A stretch of DNA of 64,000 nucleotides from Longimicrobiales bacterium (GCA_041690395.1 JAWLHJ010000001.1:928001-992000), one strand, 5' to 3'. Numbered from the stretch's first letter, positions 52,011 to 60,941 are shown. Notes: generated by a model from the sequence alone, not told the origin. Numbers and translations are program-made.

Positions 52011-53459
52011 TCATACCGCGACGAACGTTCCCCGCAGTTCTGCGTGGAGCGGGCGGTGTCCGGCGAGATATCCCCTGAGCGCGTCCATGCCTCGCTCAGC
52101 GTGCTGCTGGCGATTGCGACCGTACTTCTGCGCGACACCTTGTTCGGTGACGAAGGCCGTGGGGTAGTAGCGCCCGGGCCGTAGCGGATCGTCGCCTACG
52201 AACACCTGCTGCACGCGCTGTCCGGCTGGGTTCTCGATCTTGATCAGGGCCGTGAAGCCGAGACCGCGTTTGACGTAACCACCCATCTGGTCGTACGGAT
52301 CGCATGCGAACGTTCGCTCCAGATTCTCCTCCAGCATCTCGACGATTTCCTCGCCCGACAACTCGGTTGTCGAGATCGGTGGGTTCATCGGGATCATGTT
52401 GTAGAGGTCATTGATCGTCACCTCGCCGGGAATGATCGGCGCGCCGAAGCGCCAACCATTCGAGAACGCCAGCTGCGCGCCCGTGCTTTCCAGCAATGCC
52501 TGCAATAGGAAGTTGTCCATCGTCGTTTCCAGCATGGTCGCTCGGTTGAGCGCGGTCGCCGTTGCACCTACGACCGTGGATAGCTCGTCCTGATAAGGCG
52601 CGAGCGCTTCGCGGACGAGGGCAGCTACCGCGGGATCCGGATCCGTACTGGCCTCCACCTCGATCAGTCGATGCCGGTAGTCGACGACACGTCCTCCCTC
52701 GACTTCCAGATCCAGGCGGCCCAGGAAAGAACCATGGCAGCCGGACTGTATCAGCAACGTTCTCCCCTGGATGACCGGCTCATACAGGCGGTTGTGGGTA
52801 TGGCCGCTCAGGCAGATATCGACACCCTGCACCTCGGACAACAGCTTCATGTCCTGGGGAAACCCGAGGTGGGAGATGAGGACAACCAGGTCGACCTTCT
52901 CTCGGGTGCGTAGGACCTCGATGATGGAAGGGAGCTCTTCCCGACCCAAGGTGAAGTGGATCCCCGTGCTGAAGGAAGGTGGCATGGCCTTGTCTACGAT
53001 ATTGGAGGCGATGCCCACGAGACCGATCCGCAGCCCGCCGACTTCCTTCACGCTGTATGGAGGAAAGAGCCGCTCTTCGGTTGCCTGATCGTAAACATTG
53101 ACGGCCAGCATCGGATAGCTGAGCTCCGCTGCCCGTTGCTCGAGGATCTCCGGACCGTAAGCGAATTCCCAGTGGCCCGTCATGGCATCGATCCCCAATG
53201 AGTTCAAGACGGGGATCAACGCCTCTCCCTTCGTCTCCTGCGCGGGATGCGTACCGTGGAGGGTATCGCCACAGTCTAAGAAGAGCGTCCGTCCTGGGTT
53301 CGCGGCGCGAATCTGCTTTGCGATCGTGGCAATGCGGGCATACCCTCCGGCGGGACGGTAGACCGCCTGACCGCCCTGCCAGAACAACTCCTGGTGCAGA
53401 TCGAAATAGGCATGGCTATCGTTGATCTGGATGACCGTCAGCGAAGTGTTCGGCGCCAT
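52011..53459 (-). CDS. Metallophosphoesterase / 5'-nucleotidase family protein (SoxB-like)
   Basis: NDSH, DCGD, GHWEF, SHLG, SGHTH, NGWRFG, DQMGGY; no signal peptide seen. Confidence 0.85.
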   Translation of the reverse strand: MAPNTSLTVIQINDSHAYFDLHQELFWQGGQAVYRPAGGYARIATIAKQIRAANPGRTLFLDCGDTLHGTHPAQETKGEALIPVLNSLGIDAMTGHWEFAYGPEILEQRAAELSYPMLAVNVYDQATEERLFPPYSVKEVGGLRIGLVGIASNIVDKAMPPSFSTGIHFTLGREELPSIIEVLRTREKVDLVVLISHLGFPQDMKLLSEVQGVDICLSGHTHNRLYEPVIQGRTLLIQSGCHGSFLGRLDLEVEGGRVVDYRHRLIEVEASTDPDPAVAALVREALAPYQDELSTVVGATATALNRATMLETTMDNFLLQALLESTGAQLAFSNGWRFGAPIIPGEVTINDLYNMIPMNPPISTTELSGEEIVEMLEENLERTFACDPYDQMGGYVKRGLGFTALIKIENPAGQRVQQVFVGDDPLRPGRYYPTAFVTEQGVAQKYGRNRQQHAERGMDALRGYLAGHRPLHAELRGTFVAV

Positions 53460-53829
53460 TGTCTATGCCCCCTGTCTAGCCGTCGCCCCCACTGACCATC
53501 AGATACCCCCGTCCGCAGCGCGTGTGGCCCGCCGAACACAGGGCGTAGCCCCCCCTGGGTGAGACCGGCACCGTACGGCGCACCACGGGCCGATCCGTCG
53601 ACCCAGTTCGGAACCGCTCGACACCGGTTCCTCGATACCAGCCCGAGCGTGCGCTCCGCGCGCGCTACTCCGTGCCCCGTGCACCTACGTATGGACGCGG
53701 CAGCCGGAACGCCCCTGCCGCGAGGCCCCGGGCGGCCGGCAAAGGAGACGCCGAGCTCGCCCGTCACGAAGAGGATGATGGCCGTCCGTGATCGGGAGTC
53801 GGCGTCCTCAGGCGCACACCGCCTCCCCT

Positions 53830-54621
53830 TCATGCGTCATGGATACCCGCCCCGGTCCTCAGAAACTCCCCCACGATGCGCACACACATCGCCGGCTGGT
53901 CCTCATGGGCGGCATGGCCGGCGAAGGGAATGTTGCCGAAAACGGATCCGCTGACGCGGTCTGCCAAGTCTACGGCTTGACGGCGAGTGAAGAGATGATC
54001 GCCATCCCCACGCAAGATGAGGACGTCCCCCTCCATGTGGTCGACTTGACGGCCCGGATAGCCGCTCTCCCCAGAATCGAGCCACATACCGACACACGAG
54101 GATACCAGGCGGTCAAAGTCGGGTGTGGGATTGAGCCGCTGATAGGCTTCATAGCTGTCCGGGAACTTCTCGCGCCAGCTCTTGCCTGTGACTCTGGCAT
54201 AGATGCCTCGCACCGGATCGTCGTCTTCGAGCTCGCACGGCGCGCCAACAGTGACCAGCCTCGTGATCGTGATGGCCCGTGAGGCCATGAGCCGGTACGC
54301 CACGATCCCACCGTCGCTGAAGCCCAGAACAGCGGTACGGCGAATGTTGAGGTGCTGGAGAACGCGAAGAGCGTCTGCTTCGAGGCGTTGGTACGTCAAG
54401 CCCTCTCTACCAAGCGTCGAACGACCGTGACCTCTGCTGTCGATCAAGATCAACCGGAAATGCGCCGCCAGGGTGGGTTCGAAGACGCGCAGGTCCTCCA
54501 TGCTTCCCAAGCCACCGTGGAGCATGAGGAGGGCCGGAAATTCTTCGGGGCCAGACACCTCGTAGTACAGGTCCGCTCCGTCAACGTCGAGGATATGGCC
54601 GACTCGATGATCGAGCTTCAT
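53830..54621 (-). CDS. Alpha/beta fold hydrolase
   Basis: LHGGLG, DSRGHGRS, GFSDGG nucleophile elbow, C-terminal GH. Confidence 0.9.
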   Translation of the reverse strand: MKLDHRVGHILDVDGADLYYEVSGPEEFPALLMLHGGLGSMEDLRVFEPTLAAHFRLILIDSRGHGRSTLGREGLTYQRLEADALRVLQHLNIRRTAVLGFSDGGIVAYRLMASRAITITRLVTVGAPCELEDDDPVRGIYARVTGKSWREKFPDSYEAYQRLNPTPDFDRLVSSCVGMWLDSGESGYPGRQVDHMEGDVLILRGDGDHLFTRRQAVDLADRVSGSVFGNIPFAGHAAHEDQPAMCVRIVGEFLRTGAGIHDA

Positions 54622-54845
54622 GTCGGGATCCGCTCAAGGCCAAATGAGAGGGAAGGGGACATAGGATCCGCCTTCCGAATGCACGCCTGTTCAGCAGTGC
54701 GCGAACTGCCCCTCGACTGCGCCACCCCGGCCTGGCGGCCCACTCCCGGGCCCAGGACGGTGCCGTTCAGATAGTCCCCAGGGGAACAGCAGGAGGCCGA
54801 GCAAGTCCAGCCTCCTGATGCCATCCGCCACGGACCATACCTCCG

Positions 54846-54881
54846 CTTCGAGAATCCGCTGCACTCCGTTCCCGGGCCACA
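54846..54881 (-). repeat. Relic (central part only) of the 150-bp attC-like repeat
   Basis: CTTCGAGAATCCGCTGCACTCCGTTCCCGGGCCACA matches the conserved repeat core. Confidence 0.75.
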
Positions 54882-54902
54882 ATACCCTCCCTGGCAACTG
54901 TT

Positions 54903-55697
54903 TCAATGGGATGCCATATCGGAAGGGTAGGTAGGACGACCCACCAAGAGGGTGATCGGGATCGGGGCCTTGGGTAGAGATATCTCCTGCACGCTCCAAT
55001 CGTATCCTGGCTCCTGGACCTCGGAGATCAGGGCCTTGAGCTCCTCTGCCTGGTACGTCTTCAGTGTTGACGCCAATCCATCCCACCAGATGAGGAGCGG
55101 TAGAACCGGCGGGAGATAAGTCAGCACCAGCGGCGCCGCGCGCCGAGGCCTTACTCGGGGCATCAGGAGAAGTACGAGCACCGGTATCAGGAAGGTCACC
55201 AGGATGCCTCGAGGCGACCTATGTGTGGCCTCTGCAGCCAGGAAGGGGACACGGGCCTCCTGGGCATTCCGCAGGGTCGCACCTAGTTCCCGCCTGTCGA
55301 AATGGTGAAGGCCCGTAAACATGGTCCGGACGCCGGACAGGGACGAGGGAACCGCTAGAGCGGAGACGGGCTCCCGGTGATATGTCACCCCCGTCACACC
55401 CTCCAACTGCTCGGCAGCTCGAAGGTTGGGCTTGAGATCCGTGAGCGTCACCTGCGCTTCCACGCCCTCCTTGCGAAGCGCGTCCAGGAGGCCCGGCCAC
55501 GGCCCGCCGCCCCCGGAAGCGAGATCGATGACACTCGATGCCTTGCTCTCTCGAAGGAGGGCGCCGAGCTGCCCCGCCACCACGGCATAGGGCCGGCTCA
55601 TCTCGATCACAGCTTGGAGGTATCCCGTCATGGCATCCCGCACCCAAGTCGGACAAGCTCGCCAGTCCTCGATCTCAGGCAGATCAACCCGTCTCAT
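54903..55697 (-). CDS. Class I SAM-dependent methyltransferase-like protein
   Basis: VIDLASGGGGP, LTDL.PN, RTMF..LHHF, WDGLAS.L.TY. Confidence 0.75.
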   Translation of the reverse strand: MRRVDLPEIEDWRACPTWVRDAMTGYLQAVIEMSRPYAVVAGQLGALLRESKASSVIDLASGGGGPWPGLLDALRKEGVEAQVTLTDLKPNLRAAEQLEGVTGVTYHREPVSALAVPSSLSGVRTMFTGLHHFDRRELGATLRNAQEARVPFLAAEATHRSPRGILVTFLIPVLVLLLMPRVRPRRAAPLVLTYLPPVLPLLIWWDGLASTLKTYQAEELKALISEVQEPGYDWSVQEISLPKAPIPITLLVGRPTYPSDMASH

Positions 55698-55751
55698 GCT
55701 GCACCTATTCCAAGTCAGACCCCTCGATCACGATCGATGAGCGGTTTCGCT

Positions 55752-55902
55752 TAACGTTCTTGTGTTGCCGACGTGGCCCGTCACGAATCGTGTTCGGGCT
55801 GTCACTTCGAGAATACGCTGCACTTCGTTTCCGGGCCACATTCGGGCGAGGCCATGTAGGTCGGAGCGAACGAAGTGAGCGGAGCCGGAAACATTCTTGT
55901 TA
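55752..55902 (-). repeat. attC-like repeat, complete copy (151 bp)
   Basis: TAACGTTCTTGTGTTGCCGACGTGGCC...GAGAATACGCTGCAC...GGCCATGTAGG...CGGAAACATTCTTGTTA on +. Confidence 0.9.
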
Positions 55903-55971
55903 TCTGACGCGGCGTACATGCGAACAGATGCGAAACCCACGTGACTGCACCTAGCCTACGGACCCAAGGCG

Positions 55972-56027
55972 TTCGAGGCCACGTAGGGGAGCGAGCGCAG
56001 CGAGCGGACCCGGAAGAATTCTTGTTA
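55972..56027 (-). repeat. attC-like repeat, partial (right half on +)
   Basis: TTCGAGGCCACGTAGGGGAGCGAGCGCAGCGAGCGGACCCGGAAGAATTCTTGTTA. Confidence 0.8.
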
Positions 56028-56242
56028 ACGGACGGGTGCCGGCGCCTCCTTCGGCCACGACCAACGACTTGTGGTGGGGGACTGAGACGCTCGAGCAGAT
56101 CTCGAAGTCACGGTCCTTGGTCATGGCCACAGCCTCGGCCCACCTGGCCATCTCGAAGATCTCGAGGTCCTTCGTAGTCCTCAGCGCTGAGTCAACCTGG
56201 ACGGCGAAGGCCTTCGCGATGTCGAAGGCTTCTTCCATCCAT

Positions 56243-56331
56243 CGTCCTGGAATTCTCCTGTGCGGCCCGCCCGATCGCCAGCGAAGCGCACCACCCCGTC
56301 CTTCCGTGTCAGCAGCAATTCCTTGTTGGAC
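56243..56331 (-). repeat. Short attC site (second type) of the nested AAA-ATPase cassette
   Basis: On -: GTCCAAC-AAGGA-ATT-[G]-CTGCTG...CAGGAG-AATTCC-AGGAC-G; has an RYYYAAC core, paired L boxes and one extra base. Confidence 0.8.
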
Positions 56332-56360
56332 CGTGCCGCCCCGGGCGCAAGGGGAGCGGA

Positions 56361-56906
56361 TTAGATCCTAGAGACCTGGGCCAGCCAATTGAGCACGGCG
56401 GTCGTGCGTTGGTCCAAGGGCCCCCTTGCCTCGAATATCTCGACGTCAAGCTCGAGGCGGTCACTGAGTAGCCACTCCCTGAGTGTTTCGTCCACCGCGG
56501 CACGGGAACCGGTTGGATCTTCGTCCTGACCGAAGTCGATCACGTCCGGAGCCTCGATGGGCACGAGGATCACCGCATCGAGTGATCGCATCGCCCGACG
56601 CACTGGCTCGCGCCAGGGAGCGATGACCCGCTCGTCGTTCTGGCACGTCACCACGAGGTATGCCAGGAGATCCACGGGGCTGCGATCGAAGACAACGTTT
56701 GGAGCTTCATCGCTAAGAGCCTCGAGAGAGTATTCGAGCTGGGCTTCGAAGTCCTCCGAGTCGGGCGGGTGAGAGAAGACGTAGCCATCCGCCACTAGCT
56801 CGTGATACGGCTCGTCGGCGAAGTCGTGATTGGCCAGTGAGTCGGCTATGGCCTGGGCCAATGTCGTCTTTCCGACGCGGTGGCTCCCCGTGACCGCTAT
56901 GCGCAT
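56361..56906 (-). CDS. AAA_28/NadR-like P-loop ATPase/kinase (cassette gene)
   Basis: IAVTGSHRVGKTTL Walker A, VFDRSPVDLLAY. Confidence 0.85.
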   Translation of the reverse strand: MRIAVTGSHRVGKTTLAQAIADSLANHDFADEPYHELVADGYVFSHPPDSEDFEAQLEYSLEALSDEAPNVVFDRSPVDLLAYLVVTCQNDERVIAPWREPVRRAMRSLDAVILVPIEAPDVIDFGQDEDPTGSRAAVDETLREWLLSDRLELDVEIFEARGPLDQRTTAVLNWLAQVSRI

Positions 56907-57000
56907 GGCGATGCTTTCCCCGTCAAGCTGCTTCCTCATCGGTAGAGAGGCACGGTCTAACTGCCGATCGCGGGCGAGAGCTGGGCGTCAAGCCCGATCT

Positions 57001-57225
57001 TCACGCGACCAGAATCGGGTGATTCACCTTACGGCTGGCGAACCGAAGGCAAGCTTCAATGTCTTCCTTCTCCAAGGCTGGCATCTCTTCCAGGATCTCG
57101 GCCTGGGACAGCCCCGCGGCCAGCAAGTCCAAGACGTCGGTAACCCGGGTCCGCATACCGCGGACACACGGGCGACCACCGCACTGCTCGGGGTCCACCG
57201 TGATGCGGTCCATGACCTCAGCCAT
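57001..57225 (-). CDS. DUF433 antitoxin
   Basis: RITVDPEQCGGRPCVRGMR..V.DVL.LLA.G....IL...P.L..EDI.ACL. Confidence 0.93.
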   Translation of the reverse strand: MAEVMDRITVDPEQCGGRPCVRGMRTRVTDVLDLLAAGLSQAEILEEMPALEKEDIEACLRFASRKVNHPILVA

Positions 57226-57335
57226 AGCTACCTCCGGGAACGACTTGGGCCTGAAGCTTCTCCAATCTACGCCGGAGGTTCCCGTTCCGGCGATACCGGC
57301 GACCCCGTGAACCACCCCGCTCCCGGCATGTCGTC

Positions 57336-57359
57336 TAACGTTCTTGTGTTGCCGACGTG
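57336..57359 (-). repeat. attC-like repeat, partial (left arm on +)
   Basis: TAACGTTCTTGTGTTGCCGACGTG preceded by the conserved TGTC-NNN flank. Confidence 0.8.
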
Positions 57360-57455
57360 CCTTATTGGAGGGTTGCCAAGAAATAAGGTTGTCGCCCTAT
57401 TCTTATGCGATGCTATGCGGGCGTTAACCTTCCTTATTTCCCTCTTGGGTCTCTC

Positions 57456-58616
57456 TTGGCCAAGTCCCTCTCCGAGCGAACTGGCGTCCTTCGGCGCCAA
57501 CCGGGAGGCTTCGATGCCTTCATTCCGAAGCCATTTCCGCCGAACGACTTGGAGCTCGACCCCCTGGGGGATCTGCTCGAGAGGGCGACCCTGTCCTTGG
57601 GCCGGTTGGTAGGCTCTGCTGAGATCCTCCCGGATCCGGACCTGTTCGTTTTCATGTACGTTCGCCGGGAGGCTGTGCTCTCGAGCCAGATCGAGGGCAC
57701 CGAAGCGTCCCTCGTCGATCTCTTGGAGTACGAGGCACAAGCGGAACAAGCCGAGCGTCGGGTCGATATCCGGGAGATCGCGAACTACATCGACGCGCTC
57801 CGGTTCGGTCTGGAGAGAGTGGAGGAGCTCCCCCTTTCTCTGCGACTCATTCGGGAGATTCACGAGCGGCTAATGACCGGAGTCAGGGGCGGGGAGCCGA
57901 CCAAGACCCCGGGCGAGTTCAGGCGGTCACAGAACTGGATTGGCGGCCCGAGCCCGGCGACGGCCCGCTTCGTACCGCCTCCGGTGGACCAGATGATGAC
58001 CTCGCTCCATGAGCTCGAGCACTTCTTTCACGATGATTCCAAGCTCCCCATTCTGATTCGCGTCGGCCTGGCCCACGCCCACTTCGAGACCATCCACCCG
58101 TTTCTGGACGGGAACGGTAGGGTAGGGCGTCTCCTGATCACGTTCCTGCTCGCACACGAGAAGATCTTGAGGGAGCCGATCCTCTACCTGTCGATCTTCT
58201 TCAAGCGGAACCGCCAGGATTACTACGACCGTCTCCAGGCCATTCGAGAGAAGGGCGACTGGGAAGGATGGTTGGCCTTCTTTCTGGAGGGTGTAGCCGC
58301 GGTATCCGACGAGGCTACCCACACGGCCCGACGCATCGTCAACCTGCGTGAGGAAGTCCGCACGGAAGTCAGTCAGAAGCTCGGCCGGAGAGCCGCTACT
58401 GGCTTGATCCTGCTCGAAGACCTCTTCCGCAACCCGATCGTCAACGTGAAAAAGGTCGGCGAGATCACCGAACTCTCGCAGCCCGCGGCCAACGCTCTGA
58501 CAAACGCGCTGGAGGAGATCGGAATCCTCAGGGAGACGACCGGGAGAAAGACCTACCGAATGTTCGCCTTCGACCGATACCTGAGGCTCTTCGAGGAAAG
58601 AGACCAGCGCACCTGA
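57456..58616 (+). CDS. Fic family protein with C-terminal HTH
   Basis: EAVLSSQIEGT, PGEFRRSQNWIG, FETIHPFLDGNGRVGR; start uncertain (TTG 57456). Confidence 0.93.
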   Translation: MAKSLSERTGVLRRQPGGFDAFIPKPFPPNDLELDPLGDLLERATLSLGRLVGSAEILPDPDLFVFMYVRREAVLSSQIEGTEASLVDLLEYEAQAEQAERRVDIREIANYIDALRFGLERVEELPLSLRLIREIHERLMTGVRGGEPTKTPGEFRRSQNWIGGPSPATARFVPPPVDQMMTSLHELEHFFHDDSKLPILIRVGLAHAHFETIHPFLDGNGRVGRLLITFLLAHEKILREPILYLSIFFKRNRQDYYDRLQAIREKGDWEGWLAFFLEGVAAVSDEATHTARRIVNLREEVRTEVSQKLGRRAATGLILLEDLFRNPIVNVKKVGEITELSQPAANALTNALEEIGILRETTGRKTYRMFAFDRYLRLFEERDQRT

Positions 58617-58675
58617 CAGCGGACGGTTACGTCAGGCCCATGGCCGAGCCAGATCGGACGTGCTCCAAGCCGAAG

Positions 58676-58861
58676 TCAATCGAGGATGCGTCGGCGAGCT
58701 TCTTCGTGACTGACCGTCTGACCCGCATCGGCCTGGCGGATCCCCTCCTCGACCTTAGCCAGGAAGTACAGGCGCTCCATCGCGTCCTCGACGGTTGCGT
58801 CCTCCGGGAGGTCCCGCACCGCGTCCAGGACGCGATCTTTCACCTTGGCTTCGGCCATCAT
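58676..58861 (-). CDS. Small putative antitoxin, no toxin partner seen
   Basis: LPEDATVEDAMERLY...VEEG..QADAG..VSHEEA, a pattern typical of proteins upstream of ParE/RelE toxins. Confidence 0.7.
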   Translation of the reverse strand: MMAEAKVKDRVLDAVRDLPEDATVEDAMERLYFLAKVEEGIRQADAGQTVSHEEARRRILD

Positions 58862-58922
58862 CCGATCTCGGTAGGGTTGACTTGTACTGAAGCTACGGCC
58901 GGCGTCCGCAGACGCCAGGGAG

Positions 58923-59159
58923 TCACTTCCTCAGTACACCGGGGAAGCGGCCAGGGTCGTACCAATACTTCCCATCCTTCGGCATGGTCCAAGGATCGCT
59001 GACTTCCCGAAGGGCAGGGAGCACGTCAACCTCCGGCTGCACGGCGAGGGTCTGATTCACCCTCCGTCGGAGCCGGCGATGGGCCAACCGCTTGTCGTAC
59101 TTCTCGCTGTCCGCCGTGGTAATCCCCGAAATGGGCGTCTTCTTTCGTGACCTACTCAT
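58923..59159 (-). CDS. Small basic conserved hypothetical protein (78 aa)
   Basis: MSRSRKKTPISGITTADSEK.DKRLAHRR.RR...REVSDPW.M.KDGK; GAGGGAG upstream. Confidence 0.7.
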   Translation of the reverse strand: MSRSRKKTPISGITTADSEKYDKRLAHRRLRRRVNQTLAVQPEVDVLPALREVSDPWTMPKDGKYWYDPGRFPGVLRK

Positions 59160-59197
59160 CCCAGCGCTCCCTCGCCTGCGGGACTCAAGATCAGACC

Positions 59198-59293
59198 CTG
59201 TCACTTCGAGAATACGCTGCATCTCGCTCCCGGGCCACAAGGGCCATGTAGGGGGAGCGAGCGCAGCGAGCGGACCCGGACACATTCTTGTTA
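59198..59293 (-). repeat. attC-like repeat, partial (centre plus right arm on +)
   Basis: CTGTCACTTCGAGAATACGCTGCA...GGCCATGTAGGGGGAGCGAGCGCAGCGAGCGGACCCGGACACATTCTTGTTA. Confidence 0.85.
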
Positions 59294-59312
59294 TAGGCCG
59301 TGCACCGCCGCT

Positions 59313-59390
59313 CGCTTCCGGGCCACATCCGTTGGAAAGGCCATGTAGGGGGAGCGAACGCAGTGAGCGGACCCGGAAACGTTCTTGTTA
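59313..59390 (-). repeat. attC-like repeat, partial (right half on +)
   Basis: CGCTTCCGGGCCACA...GGCCATGTAGGGGGAGCGAACGCAGTGAGCGGACCCGGAAACGTTCTTGTTA. Confidence 0.85.
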
Positions 59391-59442
59391 TATGACGTCA
59401 CGCACGCCCGTTTGAACCCGTCCTCCAATTGCCTCGGCCACC

Positions 59443-59477
59443 ATGTACGTACATATTACAACATATCGTACGTACAT
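59443..59477. promoter_or_regulatory. Paired GTACGTAC palindromes, probable antitoxin operator
   Basis: ATGTACGTACAT (59443-59454) and GTACGTACAT (59468-59477) just upstream of the antitoxin start. Confidence 0.65.
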
Positions 59478-59489
59478 CCGGAGCCCTCC

Positions 59490-59726
59490 ATGTCATCCAA
59501 GAAGAAGCTCACCCTCAGTGTGGACGAGCGAGTGATTGAGCGTGCTCGCCGCTACAGCACCCGACACAACATCAGCATTTCCCAGCTCGTCACGAACTAC
59601 CTGAGCCAGCTCGACACACCCTCCGAAGCAAACCTGGCTCCTTGGGTACAGCGGATTCGGGGAATCCTTCCGAGTGAGACCTCGGTGGAAGACTACCGGC
59701 GCCACCTCGAAGAGAAGCACTCGTGA
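59490..59726 (+). CDS. DUF6364-like (RHH) antitoxin
   Basis: KKLTLSVDERVIERARRYS...ISISQLV.NYL...LEEKH; overlaps the PIN gene. Confidence 0.88.
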   Translation: MSSKKKLTLSVDERVIERARRYSTRHNISISQLVTNYLSQLDTPSEANLAPWVQRIRGILPSETSVEDYRRHLEEKHS

Positions 59727-60148
59727 TGCGGCTCTTCCTGGACATCAACGTCGTTCTGGATGTTCTGGCGAACCGGGAGCCATGGGTCGAGGACTCTGCG
59801 GCGGTCCTCTCTTTGCTCGACCATGCGGAAATGGAAGGTCTGATCGCGGCGCATTCCGTGACCACGCTCTACTATCTCTCCTCGAAGCATCTGGGGCATA
59901 AGCCCGCCGTCGCAGCGCTCATCGACCTTCTGGAGCACCTCTCTATCACGCCCTTGGATGAGGACATCCTCCTTCGTGCTCTCTCACTCGGCTGGGGCGA
60001 CGTCGAGGATGCGGTGCAGGGAGTTTCCGCTCAAAGAGCGAATGCGGACTACATCGTGACCCGGAATCCCACCGACTTCGAGGCCGCCTCAGTACCTGTC
60101 GTCACGCCGAAGCAACTCTTGGCCATCCTCGCTTCTTCCACCGACTGA
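59726..60148 (+). CDS. PIN domain (VapC-like) toxin
   Basis: LFLDINVVLDVL, DVEDAVQ, IVTRNPTDF. Confidence 0.92.
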   Translation: MRLFLDINVVLDVLANREPWVEDSAAVLSLLDHAEMEGLIAAHSVTTLYYLSSKHLGHKPAVAALIDLLEHLSITPLDEDILLRALSLGWGDVEDAVQGVSAQRANADYIVTRNPTDFEAASVPVVTPKQLLAILASSTD

Positions 60149-60185
60149 AGCCCGCACGCCTACCTCAGCCCGGCGTGATGTCCCA

Positions 60186-60336
60186 TAACGTTCTTGTGTT
60201 GCCGACGTGGCCACCACCGAATCGTGGTCGGACCTTCGCTTCGAGAATACGCTGCACTTCGTTCCCGAGCCACATTCGTTCGAGGCCATGTAGGTCGGAG
60301 CGAACGAAGTGAGCGGAGCCGAAAACATTCTTGTTA
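60186..60336 (-). repeat. attC-like repeat, complete copy (151 bp)
   Basis: TAAC...GTTA bounded copy with all conserved blocks. Confidence 0.92.
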
Positions 60337-60413
60337 ACTGACGGGTGCCGACGTCTCCCGCAGCCCTCGCGCTGCCCGAACCTCAGTCGTCGATGGAACG
60401 CTCGACCGATGCT

Positions 60414-60644
60414 TCATCGGCTCTCCACGGGCTCAGGCCTCCACTCGAGGCTCAGTTCTCTCTTCGACTCCGCACAATCTCGTAGATACAGGTTGATCAA
60501 CGTCTGGTAGGGGATGCCGGTCTCCTCTGCCAACTGCTTGAAGTAGTCCACGGTCGGGCCGTCGAGTCGAATCGTCACGCGCCGCTTGAGTCGCTTGGCG
60601 TAGGGATTCTTCCTCGCTTTCGAGAAATCGTATTCAGTCTTCAT
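60414..60644 (-). CDS. BrnA-like antitoxin
   Basis: EYDFSKARKNPY, VTIRLD...DYFK, IPYQTLINLYL. Confidence 0.92.
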   Translation of the reverse strand: MKTEYDFSKARKNPYAKRLKRRVTIRLDGPTVDYFKQLAEETGIPYQTLINLYLRDCAESKRELSLEWRPEPVESR

Positions 60645-60650
60645 CGTGGC

Positions 60651-60941
60651 TCACCTCAGTCGGGCTTGGTATTCCAGGCTCTCCGCGCTTGTTGCCTTCC
60701 GTGCAGAGATGATCCGGATCGCGTCACGCTCTCTGAGCGCATGGACCACGACCAAGAGCCGAAGCGAGGCGCTCAGCCCGAGGAGCACGAATCTCTCCTC
60801 GGCCTCGGGCGGCTGAGCGTCCTCGACGAGCAGGGCTTGCTCGTCGAAGAACACGGATTCTGCTTCCTCGAACGACACACCGTGCTTTCGCTCGTTCGAT
60901 CTCGCCTTGCGCGGATCCCATTCGAACCGGATCTCATCCAT
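60651..60941 (-). CDS. BrnT family toxin
   Basis: FEWDPRKARSNERKHGVSFEEA, EERF, IRIISARKA. Confidence 0.94.
   Translation of the reverse strand: MDEIRFEWDPRKARSNERKHGVSFEEAESVFFDEQALLVEDAQPPEAEERFVLLGLSASLRLLVVVHALRERDAIRIISARKATSAESLEYQARLR

Larger units (their letters stand above)
56060..57004 (-). pseudogene. DUF5615 PIN-like toxin gene split by a nested cassette, also frameshifted and truncated
   Basis: 5' piece 57004-56961 (VKIGLDAQLSPAIG, GTGA overlap with DUF433); 3' piece from 56242 (WMEEAF...DLEIF...MTKDRDF); frameshift near 56100 (LLERLSPPPQVV in the shifted frame). Confidence 0.85.

Noticed and set aside
52011..53459. Sox sulfur-oxidation pathway
   Set aside because: Only a SoxB-like gene with no export signal and no other sox genes.
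53460..53830. GC-rich intergenic stretch with several short ORFs
   Set aside because: No convincing coding signal, repeat match or stable structure could be supported.
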